Shown here: in pieces, positions 1-9,918 of the stretch
Layout: each line of letters opens with the position of its first letter
Numbering within the stretch: position 1 is the stretch's first letter
Assembly (NCBI GenBank): GCA_041658485.1
Contig: JBBAAE010000003.1
Span: 10,300-74,299, forward strand
Source of the DNA: Minisyncoccota bacterium
GTDB taxonomy: Bacteria; Patescibacteriota; Minisyncoccia; Phycocordibacterales; Phycocordibacteraceae
Direction of reading: 5' to 3'
Length of the DNA: 64,000 bases
The notes under the pieces: generated by a model
Database searches by the model: none
Told to the model about the DNA's origin: nothing
What the model saw: only the letters and a program-made list of their open reading frames with translations
Translations under genes and position numbers: made by a program

Positions 1-1
1 A

Positions 2-787
2 GTTCTTTGTGAGGTGTATCAAGCGAACGGTGATGTGCACCCTTCAAACACTCGTGCAGAGCTTCGTGCGGTTGCTAAAAAATATCAAACGGCTGGCGCA
101 TGGTTTGGTATTGAACAGGAGTACACACTTTTTCAAAATGGCAGACCAGTAGGATTTCCTAAAGTAGGATTTCCAGGCCCTCAAGGTCCGTACTATTGCG
201 GTGTTGGTGCAGAAAATATTGTTGGTAGGGATTTGGTGGAAGAACATATGGAGGCTTGTCTTAAAGCGGGGATAGAACTTTCAGGTATTAATGCGGAAGT
301 GATGCCAGGGCAGTGGGAATTTCAGGTAGGGCCTGTGGGGCCGCTTGCTGTGGCTGATCAACTTTGGGTTGCGAGATGGCTACTTGAGAGACTTGGTGAA
401 GAACACGACATGTCAGTTTCATATGCACCAAAACCGGTGAAAGGAGATTGGAATGGTGCAGGTGCGCATACAAATTTTTCAACGAAGGCAATGCGTGCTT
501 CGGGTGGATTGAAACATGTGAAAGTGGCATGTGAGAAATTGAAACGGCGTCACCATGAGCATATTGCTGTCTATGGGGCAGGGAACGAAGAGCGACTCAC
601 GGGTAAACATGAAACTTGTAGCATTAACGAATTTCGCTACGGCGTTTCTGACCGAGGCGCATCCATCAGAATTCCTATGGCAACAGCAAACGACGGTAAA
701 GGATATCTTGAAGATAGGCGTCCTGCGGCGAACATGGATCCGTACCAAGTGTGCGCCGTGCTGATGAAAACTATTTGCGGAAACTGA
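2..787 (+). CDS. glnII: Glutamine synthetase type II (eukaryote-like GSII), C-terminal portion; the 5' end lies outside the window
   Basis: Frame continues to position 2 with no start. Translation has GSII catalytic-domain motifs (GPYYCGVGA, NAEVMPGQWEFQVGP, NGAGAHTNFSTK, RIPMATANDGKGYLEDRRPAANMDPY). Confidence 0.8.
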   Translation, partial: VLCEVYQANGDVHPSNTRAELRAVAKKYQTAGAWFGIEQEYTLFQNGRPVGFPKVGFPGPQGPYYCGVGAENIVGRDLVEEHMEACLKAGIELSGINAEVMPGQWEFQVGPVGPLAVADQLWVARWLLERLGEEHDMSVSYAPKPVKGDWNGAGAHTNFSTKAMRASGGLKHVKVACEKLKRRHHEHIAVYGAGNEERLTGKHETCSINEFRYGVSDRGASIRIPMATANDGKGYLEDRRPAANMDPYQVCAVLMKTICGN

Positions 788-943
788 ATTGCTATAGATG
801 CCAGACCACCTACTCATTCTAGTATTTTGCAAAATACTAGAATGAGTAGGGTCGGAGTGAGGTGTGGGGGTTATGCGAAGAAGCTAAGGATTGTGAATGT
901 TGATTGACGAATGGCTGTAAAGCTATTACGGTAGCGAGAGCGT

Positions 944-1576
944 ATGACTCTATCTTCACCACAGGGTTCTCAGAAGCCGAAAAAAGTTCTCGGTGTTGAT
1001 CTTGATGATGTATTGATCCGCACGGGAGATGCGATGGCAAGCTTTCATAATGCGACATACGGCACCAACTATTTGCGCGATGAAGTTGTTGACTACAATT
1101 TAGGAACGGTTTGGAATTGTGCGCCCGAAGAAACACAAAGGCGCATTGATGAGTTTGTGGGTACAGAGTTTCATCACCAAGCTGAGGCAGTTTTTGGAGC
1201 CTATGATGCCTTGAAACATCTTGGGAAAACTTATGAGATAGCTGTTGTGACAGGTCGCCATGAAGGGATGCGTGACAACACTATTGACTGGCTTACTAAA
1301 AATTTCTTAGGACTCTACCGTGAAATTCATTTCACGGGTCACTATGAAACTGATCCTTCAAAAAAGCGTTTGAAGTCGTCAGTGATGACTGAAATTGGAG
1401 CCGATCTTTTTATTGATGACGCGCTTCACTTTGCGTCTGATGTAGCGAGCGTGGGGATCCCCGTATTACTCCTAGATACACCGTGGAATCAAGGGGTAGT
1501 ACCGACCGGCGTTACTCGTGTAGCATCATGGACGGAGATACTTGCAATTCTTGCCTCAAAAGAAACACTAAGATAG
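944..1576 (+). CDS. HAD-superfamily 5'(3')-deoxyribonucleotidase-like hydrolase
   Basis: ATG at 944. N-terminal DxD motif (LGVDLDDVL), a later DD motif (LFIDDALHF) and NT5C-like length (210 aa). Confidence 0.55.
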   Translation: MTLSSPQGSQKPKKVLGVDLDDVLIRTGDAMASFHNATYGTNYLRDEVVDYNLGTVWNCAPEETQRRIDEFVGTEFHHQAEAVFGAYDALKHLGKTYEIAVVTGRHEGMRDNTIDWLTKNFLGLYREIHFTGHYETDPSKKRLKSSVMTEIGADLFIDDALHFASDVASVGIPVLLLDTPWNQGVVPTGVTRVASWTEILAILASKETLR

Positions 1577-1683
1577 AAGGGCTCTGAGTCCACAGTGGCA
1601 TCTTCGCTCGTGCGGTATAATAGAAAGGTACGGCTTTATCAGTCTGTGCTCATTATCTAATTATCTAAGTACTTCTTACATAT

Positions 1684-1971
1684 ATGTCAGGAAATATAAA
1701 AGTAGCCAGTGGAATTATACTCGCAGCTGTTGTTCTCGGTGGCGGTTTTTATTGGTATGCATCAACACGCCCAGCGCCAGCCCCTGTTGCTGTAGCTCCT
1801 ACCGAAACACAGCCTACGGTTCCTCAAGGACCGACGCTCGCAACAGGCGCTGACACCTCAGACGCTTCATTAAGTCAGGATATTGCATCGGTAGACGCAG
1901 ATATGACCGCAATGAATGGAGACACAACGGCAATTGATGCAGGTCTCAACGATAAGGCAGTTGCACAGTAA
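1684..1971 (+). CDS. Hypothetical membrane-anchored protein with a Pro/Ala/Thr-rich linker
   Basis: ATG start, N-terminal TM helix (IILAAVVLGGGFYWY), then a low-complexity extracytoplasmic tail. Confidence 0.4.
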   Translation: MSGNIKVASGIILAAVVLGGGFYWYASTRPAPAPVAVAPTETQPTVPQGPTLATGADTSDASLSQDIASVDADMTAMNGDTTAIDAGLNDKAVAQ

Positions 1972-1999
1972 ATTTATTTTTCTAATAATCTTCTACAGT

Positions 2000-2839
2000 A
2001 TGAAAAAAATCACTCCGATATTCCTTTCTCTTATGGCATTCGCAGTTCTTCTGTCCCCAGCTTTTGCGTTTGCTGAGGAGGCGGTAACTACCAGCGTGAA
2101 CGCGGGCGCCACTGTAACTCTACCTGCTGTCACAAAAACGGAAGTAAAAGCAACTGCTACACAGTCAGCTGCATTAATGCGAGGCAAGGATCGCGGAAAC
2201 CAAGAAATTGACAGAAGAGTCACAAACCTTAATGCTCTCATCGCTCGCGTACAAGGAATGAAAAATCTTTCCGACGCGGACAAGGCTTCTATTGCGGGAA
2301 CTTTGACAGCACAGGTGAATGCACTGAATGCACTTAAAGCTAAAATTAATGCAGATACTGATCTTGAAACATTGAAGGGTGATGTGAAATCCATTACTGA
2401 TTCGTATCGCATCTACGCACTTATTATTCCTCAGGGAGGAATAATTACTGCGGCTGATCGTATTGTGACAATTTCAACCACGATGCAACTCATCGCGGTA
2501 AAGTTTGAAGCACGCATTGTGGCGGCCGCTACTGCGGGAAACGATGTTACTGCGGTTCGTGTAGTCCTTGAAGAGTACAAAGCAAAACTTGCAGATGCGA
2601 GCTTGCAAGCACAAGCAGCGGTGAACGCAATCGTTACCCTCGTTCCTGATAATGGTGATGCTACAAAAAAAGCTGCAAATACAAAGGCACTTAAGGATGC
2701 CCGAGCTCAAATTGTAGTTGCACAGAAAGCTTTACAGACAGCACGTAAGGATGCTGACAAAATTATTGTTGCTCTCAAAGGGATGAAAGCTGCGGCGTCG
2801 ACAACGACGACTACGGAAACATCTGCTGGAGCACAATAA
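2000..2839 (+). CDS. Secreted Ala/Thr/Lys-rich alpha-helical (coiled-coil-like) protein
   Basis: Internal ATG at 2000 gives MKKITPIFLSLMAFAVLLSPAFAFA, a signal peptide with an AFA cleavage site. The rest is low-complexity, helix-forming and Ala-rich. Followed by a heptamer repeat and a terminator. Confidence 0.55.
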   Translation: MKKITPIFLSLMAFAVLLSPAFAFAEEAVTTSVNAGATVTLPAVTKTEVKATATQSAALMRGKDRGNQEIDRRVTNLNALIARVQGMKNLSDADKASIAGTLTAQVNALNALKAKINADTDLETLKGDVKSITDSYRIYALIIPQGGIITAADRIVTISTTMQLIAVKFEARIVAAATAGNDVTAVRVVLEEYKAKLADASLQAQAAVNAIVTLVPDNGDATKKAANTKALKDARAQIVVAQKALQTARKDADKIIVALKGMKAAASTTTTTETSAGAQ

Positions 2840-2842
2840 TTC

Positions 2843-2866
2843 AGGTTCTAGGTTCTAGGTTCTAGG
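2843..2866. repeat. Tandem heptanucleotide repeat (AGGTTCT)x3 plus a partial unit
   Basis: aggttctaggttctaggttctagg sits directly after the stop codon. Same 7-nt repeat family as in the minor-pilin leaders. Confidence 0.7.
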
Positions 2867-2875
2867 AATTAGGAA

Positions 2876-2905
2876 AAATCCCGACATATGTCGGGATTTT
2901 TTTTA
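2876..2905 (+). terminator. Rho-independent terminator
   Basis: Hairpin atcccgaca-tat-gtcgggat followed by T8. Confidence 0.65.
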
Positions 2906-2938
2906 TGAGTTGTTCAAAAGTTGGCGTATTATTAAGTA

Positions 2939-3118
2939 ATGTCAAAAGAAAAACTTTCATCCGCAGAGCTTAGTCGACAGGCAGAAGAAAAAGCTAAGAA
3001 AAAAAGAGATCGTACAAAAACAAGAATTAAGGCAGCTAAGGCAAATGGTTCTGATTCTCGAGAGGCAGGTAAGAAGATCGGAAGCCGAAAGGGTAGAGGT
3101 TATAGTAAGGGTAGTTAG
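2939..3118 (+). CDS. Small highly basic hypothetical protein (59 aa)
   Basis: ATG..TAG ORF MSKEKLSSAELSRQAEEKAKKKRDRTKTRIKAAKANG..., below the ORF-track length cutoff. Sits between a terminator and a convergent gene. Confidence 0.3.
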   Translation: MSKEKLSSAELSRQAEEKAKKKRDRTKTRIKAAKANGSDSREAGKKIGSRKGRGYSKGS

Positions 3119-3763
3119 TTAGTGGGCGAGGGTTATTGCAATGACTTCAGAAGCGCCAGCTCCTATGAGTGCACGCTTTGCATCAGAGAGTGTGGTGCCG
3201 GTCTCGGCGACATCGTCTATAAGAATGACATGCATGCCACTTACTTTTTCAGGACGAATCACGGAGAATGCACCAGCAATATTTTTTTCTCGCTCGGACT
3301 TTAATACTTCAACCTGACTTGCCCTGTCTTCTCGCCCGAGTACATCAGGGGCATAGGTAACCTCCGCTTCAAGATGGGGAAGTGTAGCTAGAGTGATTCT
3401 CTCAACTTGGTTATAGCCTCGAGATTTTAGGCGAGCGCTTGAGCTGGGGATGGGAACGAGAAGTGGATTTCGCCATCCTCCGAGTGTTTTTTTGTCCGCA
3501 AGTATTTGAATGATTTCATCGGCCAAAATTCTACCCAGTGCAGGAAGCGGAGCCTTTTCGCCACGATATTTTATGGCACGGATGAGTGCGCGAACTTTGG
3601 GATTTCTGTACGGAAACAGAGCTACAATCCACTGTTTATCACGGTGGATCATTGGGTGAAGAAGCTCTGCCAGCGTTTCTTCTGAAAGTGAACGGGCAAT
3701 AGCTGACTCACTAGATATAGGAATCAATGCATCAAGAATCCTCCGGAAAATGTGACCAATCAT
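3119..3763 (-). CDS. ComF-family protein (phosphoribosyltransferase domain)
   Basis: C-terminal PRTase motif VILIDDVAETGTTL and ComFC-like length. No N-terminal zinc ribbon. Confidence 0.6.
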   Translation of the reverse strand: MIGHIFRRILDALIPISSESAIARSLSEETLAELLHPMIHRDKQWIVALFPYRNPKVRALIRAIKYRGEKAPLPALGRILADEIIQILADKKTLGGWRNPLLVPIPSSSARLKSRGYNQVERITLATLPHLEAEVTYAPDVLGREDRASQVEVLKSEREKNIAGAFSVIRPEKVSGMHVILIDDVAETGTTLSDAKRALIGAGASEVIAITLAH

Positions 3764-3890
3764 GATATACTTGGAAACATTGTACTCCCTGACTTAGACT
3801 TGATTCCACTCTATGGAGAACGCTACGGGAGACATAGGGATTCATCATGATAATTATTAGTCTTTGTACCCAGCGTTCGTAGTCTCTCGT

Positions 3891-5003
3891 ATGGATTTCT
3901 CTCTCAGCACACTGTCTGAAAAATTTAAACAGCTCGCTTCATCTTTTAGTGTGAAAGATGGTGAGAGTGTTCTTGGTATTGATATCGGAACTTCATCCAT
4001 CAAAATTGTGCAGGTAAAGGAGGTGAAGGGGAGTGCTGTCTTGGAGACATACGGAGAGATTGCACTTGGTCCATATGCAAATGCCGAAGTGGGACAATCG
4101 GTGATGCCTCCACCTGAAAAAATTGGGGAAGCTTTGAAAGACGTGCTCCGTGAGGCAAACGCGACAGCAAAAATTGGCGGATTCTCGGTACCACTTTCTG
4201 GAAGTCTCATTAATGTCATCACACTCCCTACAAAAGATCATGCCGATTTGGCAACTATGATTCCAATAGAGGCTCGCAAATATATTCCTGTGCCAATTAC
4301 AGAAGTGGCGCTCGACTGGTTCGTGATACCTGAGGAAGAAGCGAAATTTTTAAGTCCACAAGGGGGTGTTCCAAAATCAGATCACTCAACCGATGTGCTT
4401 CTTGTCGCGATCCACAACGCAGTCCTTGCTAAATATCAGCTTATTACAGAAGCGGCCGCTATTACACCGCGGTTTTTTGAGGTAGAGCCATTTAGCATGG
4501 GGCGAGCTTCTTATGAACACACCACTGCGCCTGCAATGATTATTGATATGGGAGCATCATCGACTCGTGTATATATTATTGAATTTGGCATTATCGATGT
4601 TTCGCACACCATAGGTCGTGGCGGACAAGATTTAACGCTCTCACTGGCAAAGTCAATGGGCGCTACATTTCAAGAGGCTGAAAATATAAAAAGGGATAAA
4701 GGTTTGTCTGAATCTGAGGTGGGATCCGCGGCGCTTGACTTCATATTTGCTGAAGCCCGTCGTATTTTGTTGACGTACCAGCGTAAAGAAGGGAAAGCGG
4801 TATCGCAAGTAGTTCTTGTAGGAGGAGGAGCTTCTTTGAAAGGTTTGAAGGAGGTAGCTTCGCGTTCTTTTGATGCACGGATTGTCATTGCTTCTCCGTT
4901 TGAAAAGTTAGCTGCACCCGCGTTCATTTCTGATGTACTCAAGGGCGCTGGTCCATCCTTTGCTTCCGCTGTCGGACTCGCACTTCGTGCGTTGCATCAA
5001 TAA
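3891..5003 (+). CDS. pilM: Type IV pilus assembly ATPase-fold protein PilM
   Basis: Actin-like fold signature VLGIDIGTSSIKIVQV. ATG at 3891 is preferred over the TTG at 3864. First gene of the pilMNO cluster. Confidence 0.8.
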   Translation: MDFSLSTLSEKFKQLASSFSVKDGESVLGIDIGTSSIKIVQVKEVKGSAVLETYGEIALGPYANAEVGQSVMPPPEKIGEALKDVLREANATAKIGGFSVPLSGSLINVITLPTKDHADLATMIPIEARKYIPVPITEVALDWFVIPEEEAKFLSPQGGVPKSDHSTDVLLVAIHNAVLAKYQLITEAAAITPRFFEVEPFSMGRASYEHTTAPAMIIDMGASSTRVYIIEFGIIDVSHTIGRGGQDLTLSLAKSMGATFQEAENIKRDKGLSESEVGSAALDFIFAEARRILLTYQRKEGKAVSQVVLVGGGASLKGLKEVASRSFDARIVIASPFEKLAAPAFISDVLKGAGPSFASAVGLALRALHQ

Positions 5004-5054
5004 AAAAGCGTTTAGTGGTTAGGCGATGCCACATCGGGTCCGTAGGGACCATTT

Positions 5055-5130
5055 AGCGTTTAGGGAAAAACTTTTTGTATTAGCTTTTGCTGTTCACACT
5101 AACCCCTAATCACTAACCCCTACCCACTAG
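5055..5130. repeat. REP-like intergenic repeat built from TTAGGG/CCCTAA-type units
   Basis: agcgtttaggg ... cactaacccctaatcactaacccctacccactag. Related copies at 11601, 55131, 56849 and 58038. Confidence 0.6.
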
Positions 5131-5151
5131 TTTGAGTGTTACACTTTCCAC

Positions 5152-5793
5152 ATGGACGATCGTGTCACGACATCTTTTATACCTAAGGCTGCGCTCAAGG
5201 TTGAACGCACTGAAGCCAAACGAGCAAGCCCTGTTGCACTCGTAAACATAATTGCTGGCGCGATTCTTATTGTTACCATTCTTTCTGCGGGTGGTATTTT
5301 TGGTTTTGAAAAATATTTAATACAATCGGTTGAAAGTAAACGGCAATCTTTGGAGCGTTCGCGTGCAGCCTTTGAACCTGCAACCATAAAAGAACTTTCG
5401 CGTCTTGATACAAGGATTGCAGCGGGGAGTACACTTCTTAAAAATCACACGGCTCTCTCACAGCTTTTTGATGAGCTTGAGAAGCTTATGCTGACCAATG
5501 TACGATTTAGTAATTTTTCTTATGACATCGCAGACCCAACCAGAACCTTACTCTCAGCATCCGGCGAAGCTGCTAGTTTTAATGCAGTTGCACTCCAGTC
5601 AGACGCATTTAGCAAGAGTAGTATCATTACCGATCCAGTGTTTTCAAATGTGAATATATCGAAGACGGGTAGCATACTGTTTGAATTCACCGCAGTCATT
5701 GATACGACTCGCATAGGGTACACAGGAGTGAGTGCTACGCCCACAGAAGCTCTACCTACAAGTGTGCCACCAACATCACCACAAGGAATATGA
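5152..5793 (+). CDS. pilN: Type IV pilus assembly protein PilN-like (single TM plus coiled coil)
   Basis: N-terminal TM segment (IIAGAILIVTILSAGGIF), then a coiled coil. Position follows pilM. ATGA overlap with the next gene. Confidence 0.6.
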   Translation: MDDRVTTSFIPKAALKVERTEAKRASPVALVNIIAGAILIVTILSAGGIFGFEKYLIQSVESKRQSLERSRAAFEPATIKELSRLDTRIAAGSTLLKNHTALSQLFDELEKLMLTNVRFSNFSYDIADPTRTLLSASGEAASFNAVALQSDAFSKSSIITDPVFSNVNISKTGSILFEFTAVIDTTRIGYTGVSATPTEALPTSVPPTSPQGI

Positions 5794-6332
5794 AACTTTT
5801 TACCCCAATTCTTTTTCTCGGTCTCGCTGGCGCAATATTTTTTTGGTATATAAACCCAACATATTTAGGTCTTCAAGGTTCATTAGCTGAACAAGCACAA
5901 TTTGATGCTGCACTATCGCGTTCTCGAGAACTTCAAGATGTCCGTGATCAACTCTTGAGTCGTTACAACACATTTCCACAGCCCGATTTAGCTCGCCTAC
6001 AAAAACTGGTTCCCGACCATGTTGATAATGTACGACTCATCCTTGATTTTGATAGCATGGCGACCAAATACGGTATGCGTGTCAGAAATGTAGTTATTGA
6101 AACCCCAAAAGAGCGAGTCAGTAGAGGACAAATAGGTCCTGATGAGAAGACATACGAGTCCGTTATCTTGTCTTTTAATGTCAGCGGTTCTTACGATACA
6201 TTCAGGCAATACCTCGCTGACCTAGAGAAAAGCCTCCGTCTTGTGGATGTGGTAGGTCTTTCTTTCACTGCAAACGAGACAGGTATTTACGAATTCACCT
6301 TCCATATTAAAACCTATTGGCTCAAACCATGA
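5790..6332 (+). CDS. pilO: Type IV pilus assembly protein PilO-like
   Basis: N-terminal TM, 180 aa, synteny pilM-N-O. ATGA overlap at both ends. Confidence 0.55.
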   Translation: MKLFTPILFLGLAGAIFFWYINPTYLGLQGSLAEQAQFDAALSRSRELQDVRDQLLSRYNTFPQPDLARLQKLVPDHVDNVRLILDFDSMATKYGMRVRNVVIETPKERVSRGQIGPDEKTYESVILSFNVSGSYDTFRQYLADLEKSLRLVDVVGLSFTANETGIYEFTFHIKTYWLKP

Positions 6333-6655
6333 TTGATTTATTTAAAAAATTCAAAACGGTCATCATAGTGGTACTCCTAATTGCCATTGCTTTTGTTATA
6401 TATTCATATTTCTTTGCGAAACCAGCCGAGCCTGTTTTGTCAGCACAAGCAGTGTCGGCTATTCCCTCTGTTGATCAGGACCTTATAGCAATCCTTCTTG
6501 AGCTTAAATCAATTAAACTCGATGACGCTATTTTCTCAGACTCTGCCTTTAAAAGTTTACAAGATTTTAGCCAAGAGCTCGTACAGGAACCGGTCGGACG
6601 CAACAACCCCTTTGCTCCACTTGGGGCTAAACAGCTCACTCCGCAAGTGAGATAA
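6329..6655 (+). CDS. Small single-TM pilus-locus protein (PilP-like position)
   Basis: ATG at 6329 overlaps the pilO stop. TM helix (VIIVVLLIAIAFVIYSYFF). Located between pilO and pilB. Confidence 0.4.
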   Translation: MIDLFKKFKTVIIVVLLIAIAFVIYSYFFAKPAEPVLSAQAVSAIPSVDQDLIAILLELKSIKLDDAIFSDSAFKSLQDFSQELVQEPVGRNNPFAPLGAKQLTPQVR

Positions 6656-6659
6656 CACT

Positions 6660-8438
6660 ATGGATGTTCTTTCCCTCCTCTCGGAGAAAGGTCTCGTTGA
6701 TAAAAATGCTCTTGCTGGCATTAAAGAAGAGATTGCAACAAGTTCCAAAACTCTTGAGAAGGCCCTCTTAGATAGGGGAGTATCTCCGAGTGACATTCTT
6801 AGTGCTCGGGGTGAGTATTACTCAGTACCAACGCATGAGATTGGTGAGGACGTAGTCCCTTTTGCTGTACTGAACTATATTCCAGAAGAATCTGCTCGTC
6901 ATTACCGCTTTGCCCCCCTCGCATTGAATGATGGCGTACTTGAGGTTGGTACTACTGACCCAGATAACCTTGATGCAGTAGAAGCACTTAATTTCATTGC
7001 TTCGCGCACAAATGTTCCGTATAAGATATTTCTTATCTCCGATGAAGACTTCGACAAAATTATTGGAATGTACAAAGGTCTTTCTGGTGAGGTTGGGCAG
7101 GCACTCGGAGAATTACAAAGCACGGCTGGAGATGATGATGAACTCAGTGTGGCTCTCGAGGAAGCGCCAAGCGAGAAACTTACTGATGCTGAAAAAGGAA
7201 ATGTCAAAATAAAAGAAGACGCTCCCGTTACAAAAATTGTTGCAACTATTCTTCGGTATGCCGTTGATGGTAAGGCGTCCGACATTCACATAGAACCAAC
7301 GCGCGAGGAATTGAAGGTTCGTTTTCGTGTTGACGGCGTCTTGTACACGTCTCTCCGACTACCAAAAAACCTAGAGCGTTCTGTTATTGCGCGTATTAAG
7401 GTACTTTCATCACTCAAGCTTGACGAGAGAAGAAAGCCACAAGACGGTCGTTTTTCTGCAACCATAGATGCGAGACGCGTAGACTTTCGTGTATCAACAT
7501 TTCCAACCTATCACGGCGAAAAGGTGGTGATGCGTATTTTGGATCGTCGACTTCAAACACAAAAACTCAATGACATTGGACTGACGGACGAAAACTCTGA
7601 AACGATTCGAAAAGCAATTAAAAAGCCTTACGGAATCATTGTTATTTCTGGTCCAACAGGTTCTGGTAAATCGACAACACTGTATGCGATGCTTCAGGAG
7701 CTTGATCGTGAGGGAATGAATGTTGTCTCTCTTGAAGACCCGGTCGAGTACGACATCGATGGGGTGTCTCAGTCACAGGTACGCCCAGAAATCGGCTATA
7801 CATTTGCATCGGGACTCCGCTCCATATTGCGTCAAGACCCGAACATTATTATGGTGGGAGAAATTCGCGACAAAGAGACAGCACAGCTTGCCATTCAAGC
7901 CGCACTCACTGGACACCTAGTTCTCACCACGCTTCACACCAATAATGCCATTGGTATCGTGCCCCGACTCGTTGACATGGGCGTTGACCCATACTTGATT
8001 GCGCCGACGCTCATTCTATCTATCGCTCAGCGACTTGTGCGTCTTCGCTGTGAAGATGCTGGTAAGCCTATTCCTTTTGAGGGTGCTGTTGCTACTATGA
8101 TTGAAAAGGAATTCGCTGATATTCCTGCTGAATTTAAGAAAAAACTTCCCGCAGCAAAAACTGTCTACGGTATTGCTCCATCTCCAACCTGCGCTAATGG
8201 TACTCGTGGGCGTGTTGCGGTGTTTGAAATGTTGCCTACATCGCCTGAACTAGAGCACATCATTCTTACTAACCCAATTGAAGATGAATTGTACAAAGTG
8301 GCGCGTGCACAAGGCATGTTCACGATGAAAGAGGATGCTATTATGAAAATGCTTAAAGGCACTATTCCTTTCGAAGAAGTGAACACGCTTGGTGGTGAAC
8401 TTCTTCGCGACGAGGAAGCCGACGAAAAATTGCCGTAA
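6660..8438 (+). CDS. pilB: Type IV pilus assembly ATPase PilB (GspE family)
   Basis: N-terminal GSPII_E N domain, Walker A GPTGSGKSTT, Asp box, His box (LVLTTLHTN), tetracysteine-like region. Confidence 0.9.
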   Translation: MDVLSLLSEKGLVDKNALAGIKEEIATSSKTLEKALLDRGVSPSDILSARGEYYSVPTHEIGEDVVPFAVLNYIPEESARHYRFAPLALNDGVLEVGTTDPDNLDAVEALNFIASRTNVPYKIFLISDEDFDKIIGMYKGLSGEVGQALGELQSTAGDDDELSVALEEAPSEKLTDAEKGNVKIKEDAPVTKIVATILRYAVDGKASDIHIEPTREELKVRFRVDGVLYTSLRLPKNLERSVIARIKVLSSLKLDERRKPQDGRFSATIDARRVDFRVSTFPTYHGEKVVMRILDRRLQTQKLNDIGLTDENSETIRKAIKKPYGIIVISGPTGSGKSTTLYAMLQELDREGMNVVSLEDPVEYDIDGVSQSQVRPEIGYTFASGLRSILRQDPNIIMVGEIRDKETAQLAIQAALTGHLVLTTLHTNNAIGIVPRLVDMGVDPYLIAPTLILSIAQRLVRLRCEDAGKPIPFEGAVATMIEKEFADIPAEFKKKLPAAKTVYGIAPSPTCANGTRGRVAVFEMLPTSPELEHIILTNPIEDELYKVARAQGMFTMKEDAIMKMLKGTIPFEEVNTLGGELLRDEEADEKLP

Positions 8439-8440
8439 TT

Positions 8441-8842
8441 ATGGAGCCAACTACTCAAAAAAACTATTCCATTCTTCTCGTCGATGACGATCGATTTCTT
8501 TTGGATATGTATACATTGAAGTTTAAAAACGAAGGGCATACTGTTGAAGCAATTCCAGACCCTAATCTTGCTCTTGAAAAACTGCGAAAAGGTTTTTTGC
8601 CGAACATTATTTTGCTTGATGTTGTAATGCCGGGGGTATCAGGATTTGAGCTCTTGGAGATAATTAAAAAAGAAAATCTTGCGAAAGGTGCAGTAATTGT
8701 AATGCTCACCAATCAAGGTCTTCAAGAAGATATAGACAAAGGAATGAAGTTTGGTGCATCTGGCTACATCATTAAGGCAAGTTCAATACCTTCTGAGGTT
8801 TTGCAAAAAACATTGGCAATTGCTGCGACGCAGCTTACATAA
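8441..8842 (+). CDS. Stand-alone response regulator receiver (CheY/PilH-like)
   Basis: ILLVDDDRFLLDMY...LLDVVMPGVSGFELL receiver motifs. No output domain. Confidence 0.8.
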   Translation: MEPTTQKNYSILLVDDDRFLLDMYTLKFKNEGHTVEAIPDPNLALEKLRKGFLPNIILLDVVMPGVSGFELLEIIKKENLAKGAVIVMLTNQGLQEDIDKGMKFGASGYIIKASSIPSEVLQKTLAIAATQLT

Positions 8843-8844
8843 TT

Positions 8845-9906
8845 ATGGAATACAAATCCGAACTTGAATCGCTTATAGATACTGTTATTGCTGAAGGAGC
8901 ATCCGATTTACATATAACTGCAAATTCCAATCCCATCATTCGCACTTCGGGTACGCTTATACCACTTCTGAAGCGTGTAAAATATACACCTGAAGATACT
9001 CTCGGAATCTTGGGCGCACTCATTCCGCCAGAAAAATTACAATCATTTAAGCAGGATCAAGAGGTAGATTTTTCGTATCAGTATAAAGATCAAATGAGGT
9101 TTCGTGGCAATGCATTCTTTCAGCAAGGAACAGTGTCCATTGCGCTTCGTTTGATTCCAAGAGAAATCAAGTCACTTGAAGAATTGGGGCTACCTCCAAT
9201 TCTTGAGACATTTTGCCAATTACAGCAAGGTTTTTTCTTGGTTGTGGGTCCTGTTGGTCAAGGAAAATCAACGACACTTGCGTCAATGGTGGAAAAAATA
9301 AACCAAACACGCACTGAGCACATTATTACTATTGAGGATCCGATTGAATACATGTTCACATCGAAAAACTCAATTATCAATCAGCGTGAAGTGCGACTCG
9401 ATACTAAAACATTTCAAGCGGCTCTTCTTTCCGCGTTCCGCGAAGACATCAATGTGCTCATGGTGGGGGAAATGCGTGGACCTGAGACCATGGCAGCAGC
9501 AGTGACCGCAGCTGAAACTGGACACCTCGTGCTTTCAACACTGCACACCAACAATGCTGCTCAGACCATTGATCGTATTATCGATACATTCCCAACGGGT
9601 CAGCAGGATCAAATCCGTCTTCAACTTGCTGCATCATTGGCAGGGATATTCTCACAGAGACTTGTTCCTAGGATATCGGGAGGCCTCATTCCTGCATATG
9701 AGCTTTTGATTAATAATGATGCAGTGGCAAATCTTATCCGTGAAAAGCGTACCCATGAAATTAATGCAGTGATTGAAACAGGTACGGAGTCGGGCATGAT
9801 TGACATGAATCGCTGTCTTGCTGACTTGGTGCGTCGCGGAGAAGTTACGCCGGAGAATGCACTTTCGAGAACATGGAATCCTAAGGCATTTTCGCGCCTT
9901 ATGTAA
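8845..9906 (+). CDS. pilT: Twitching-motility ATPase PilT
   Basis: Walker A GPVGQGKSTT, LVLSTLHTN, PilT-like length (353 aa). Confidence 0.9.
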   Translation: MEYKSELESLIDTVIAEGASDLHITANSNPIIRTSGTLIPLLKRVKYTPEDTLGILGALIPPEKLQSFKQDQEVDFSYQYKDQMRFRGNAFFQQGTVSIALRLIPREIKSLEELGLPPILETFCQLQQGFFLVVGPVGQGKSTTLASMVEKINQTRTEHIITIEDPIEYMFTSKNSIINQREVRLDTKTFQAALLSAFREDINVLMVGEMRGPETMAAAVTAAETGHLVLSTLHTNNAAQTIDRIIDTFPTGQQDQIRLQLAASLAGIFSQRLVPRISGGLIPAYELLINNDAVANLIREKRTHEINAVIETGTESGMIDMNRCLADLVRRGEVTPENALSRTWNPKAFSRLM

Positions 9907-9918
9907 TGTATAGATTGT

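Noticed and set aside
6902-9023. Antisense ORFs within pilB, the receiver and pilT (6902..7285, 8165..8539, 8464..8712, 8835..9023)
   Set aside because: They are entirely inside well-supported conserved genes on the opposite strand.
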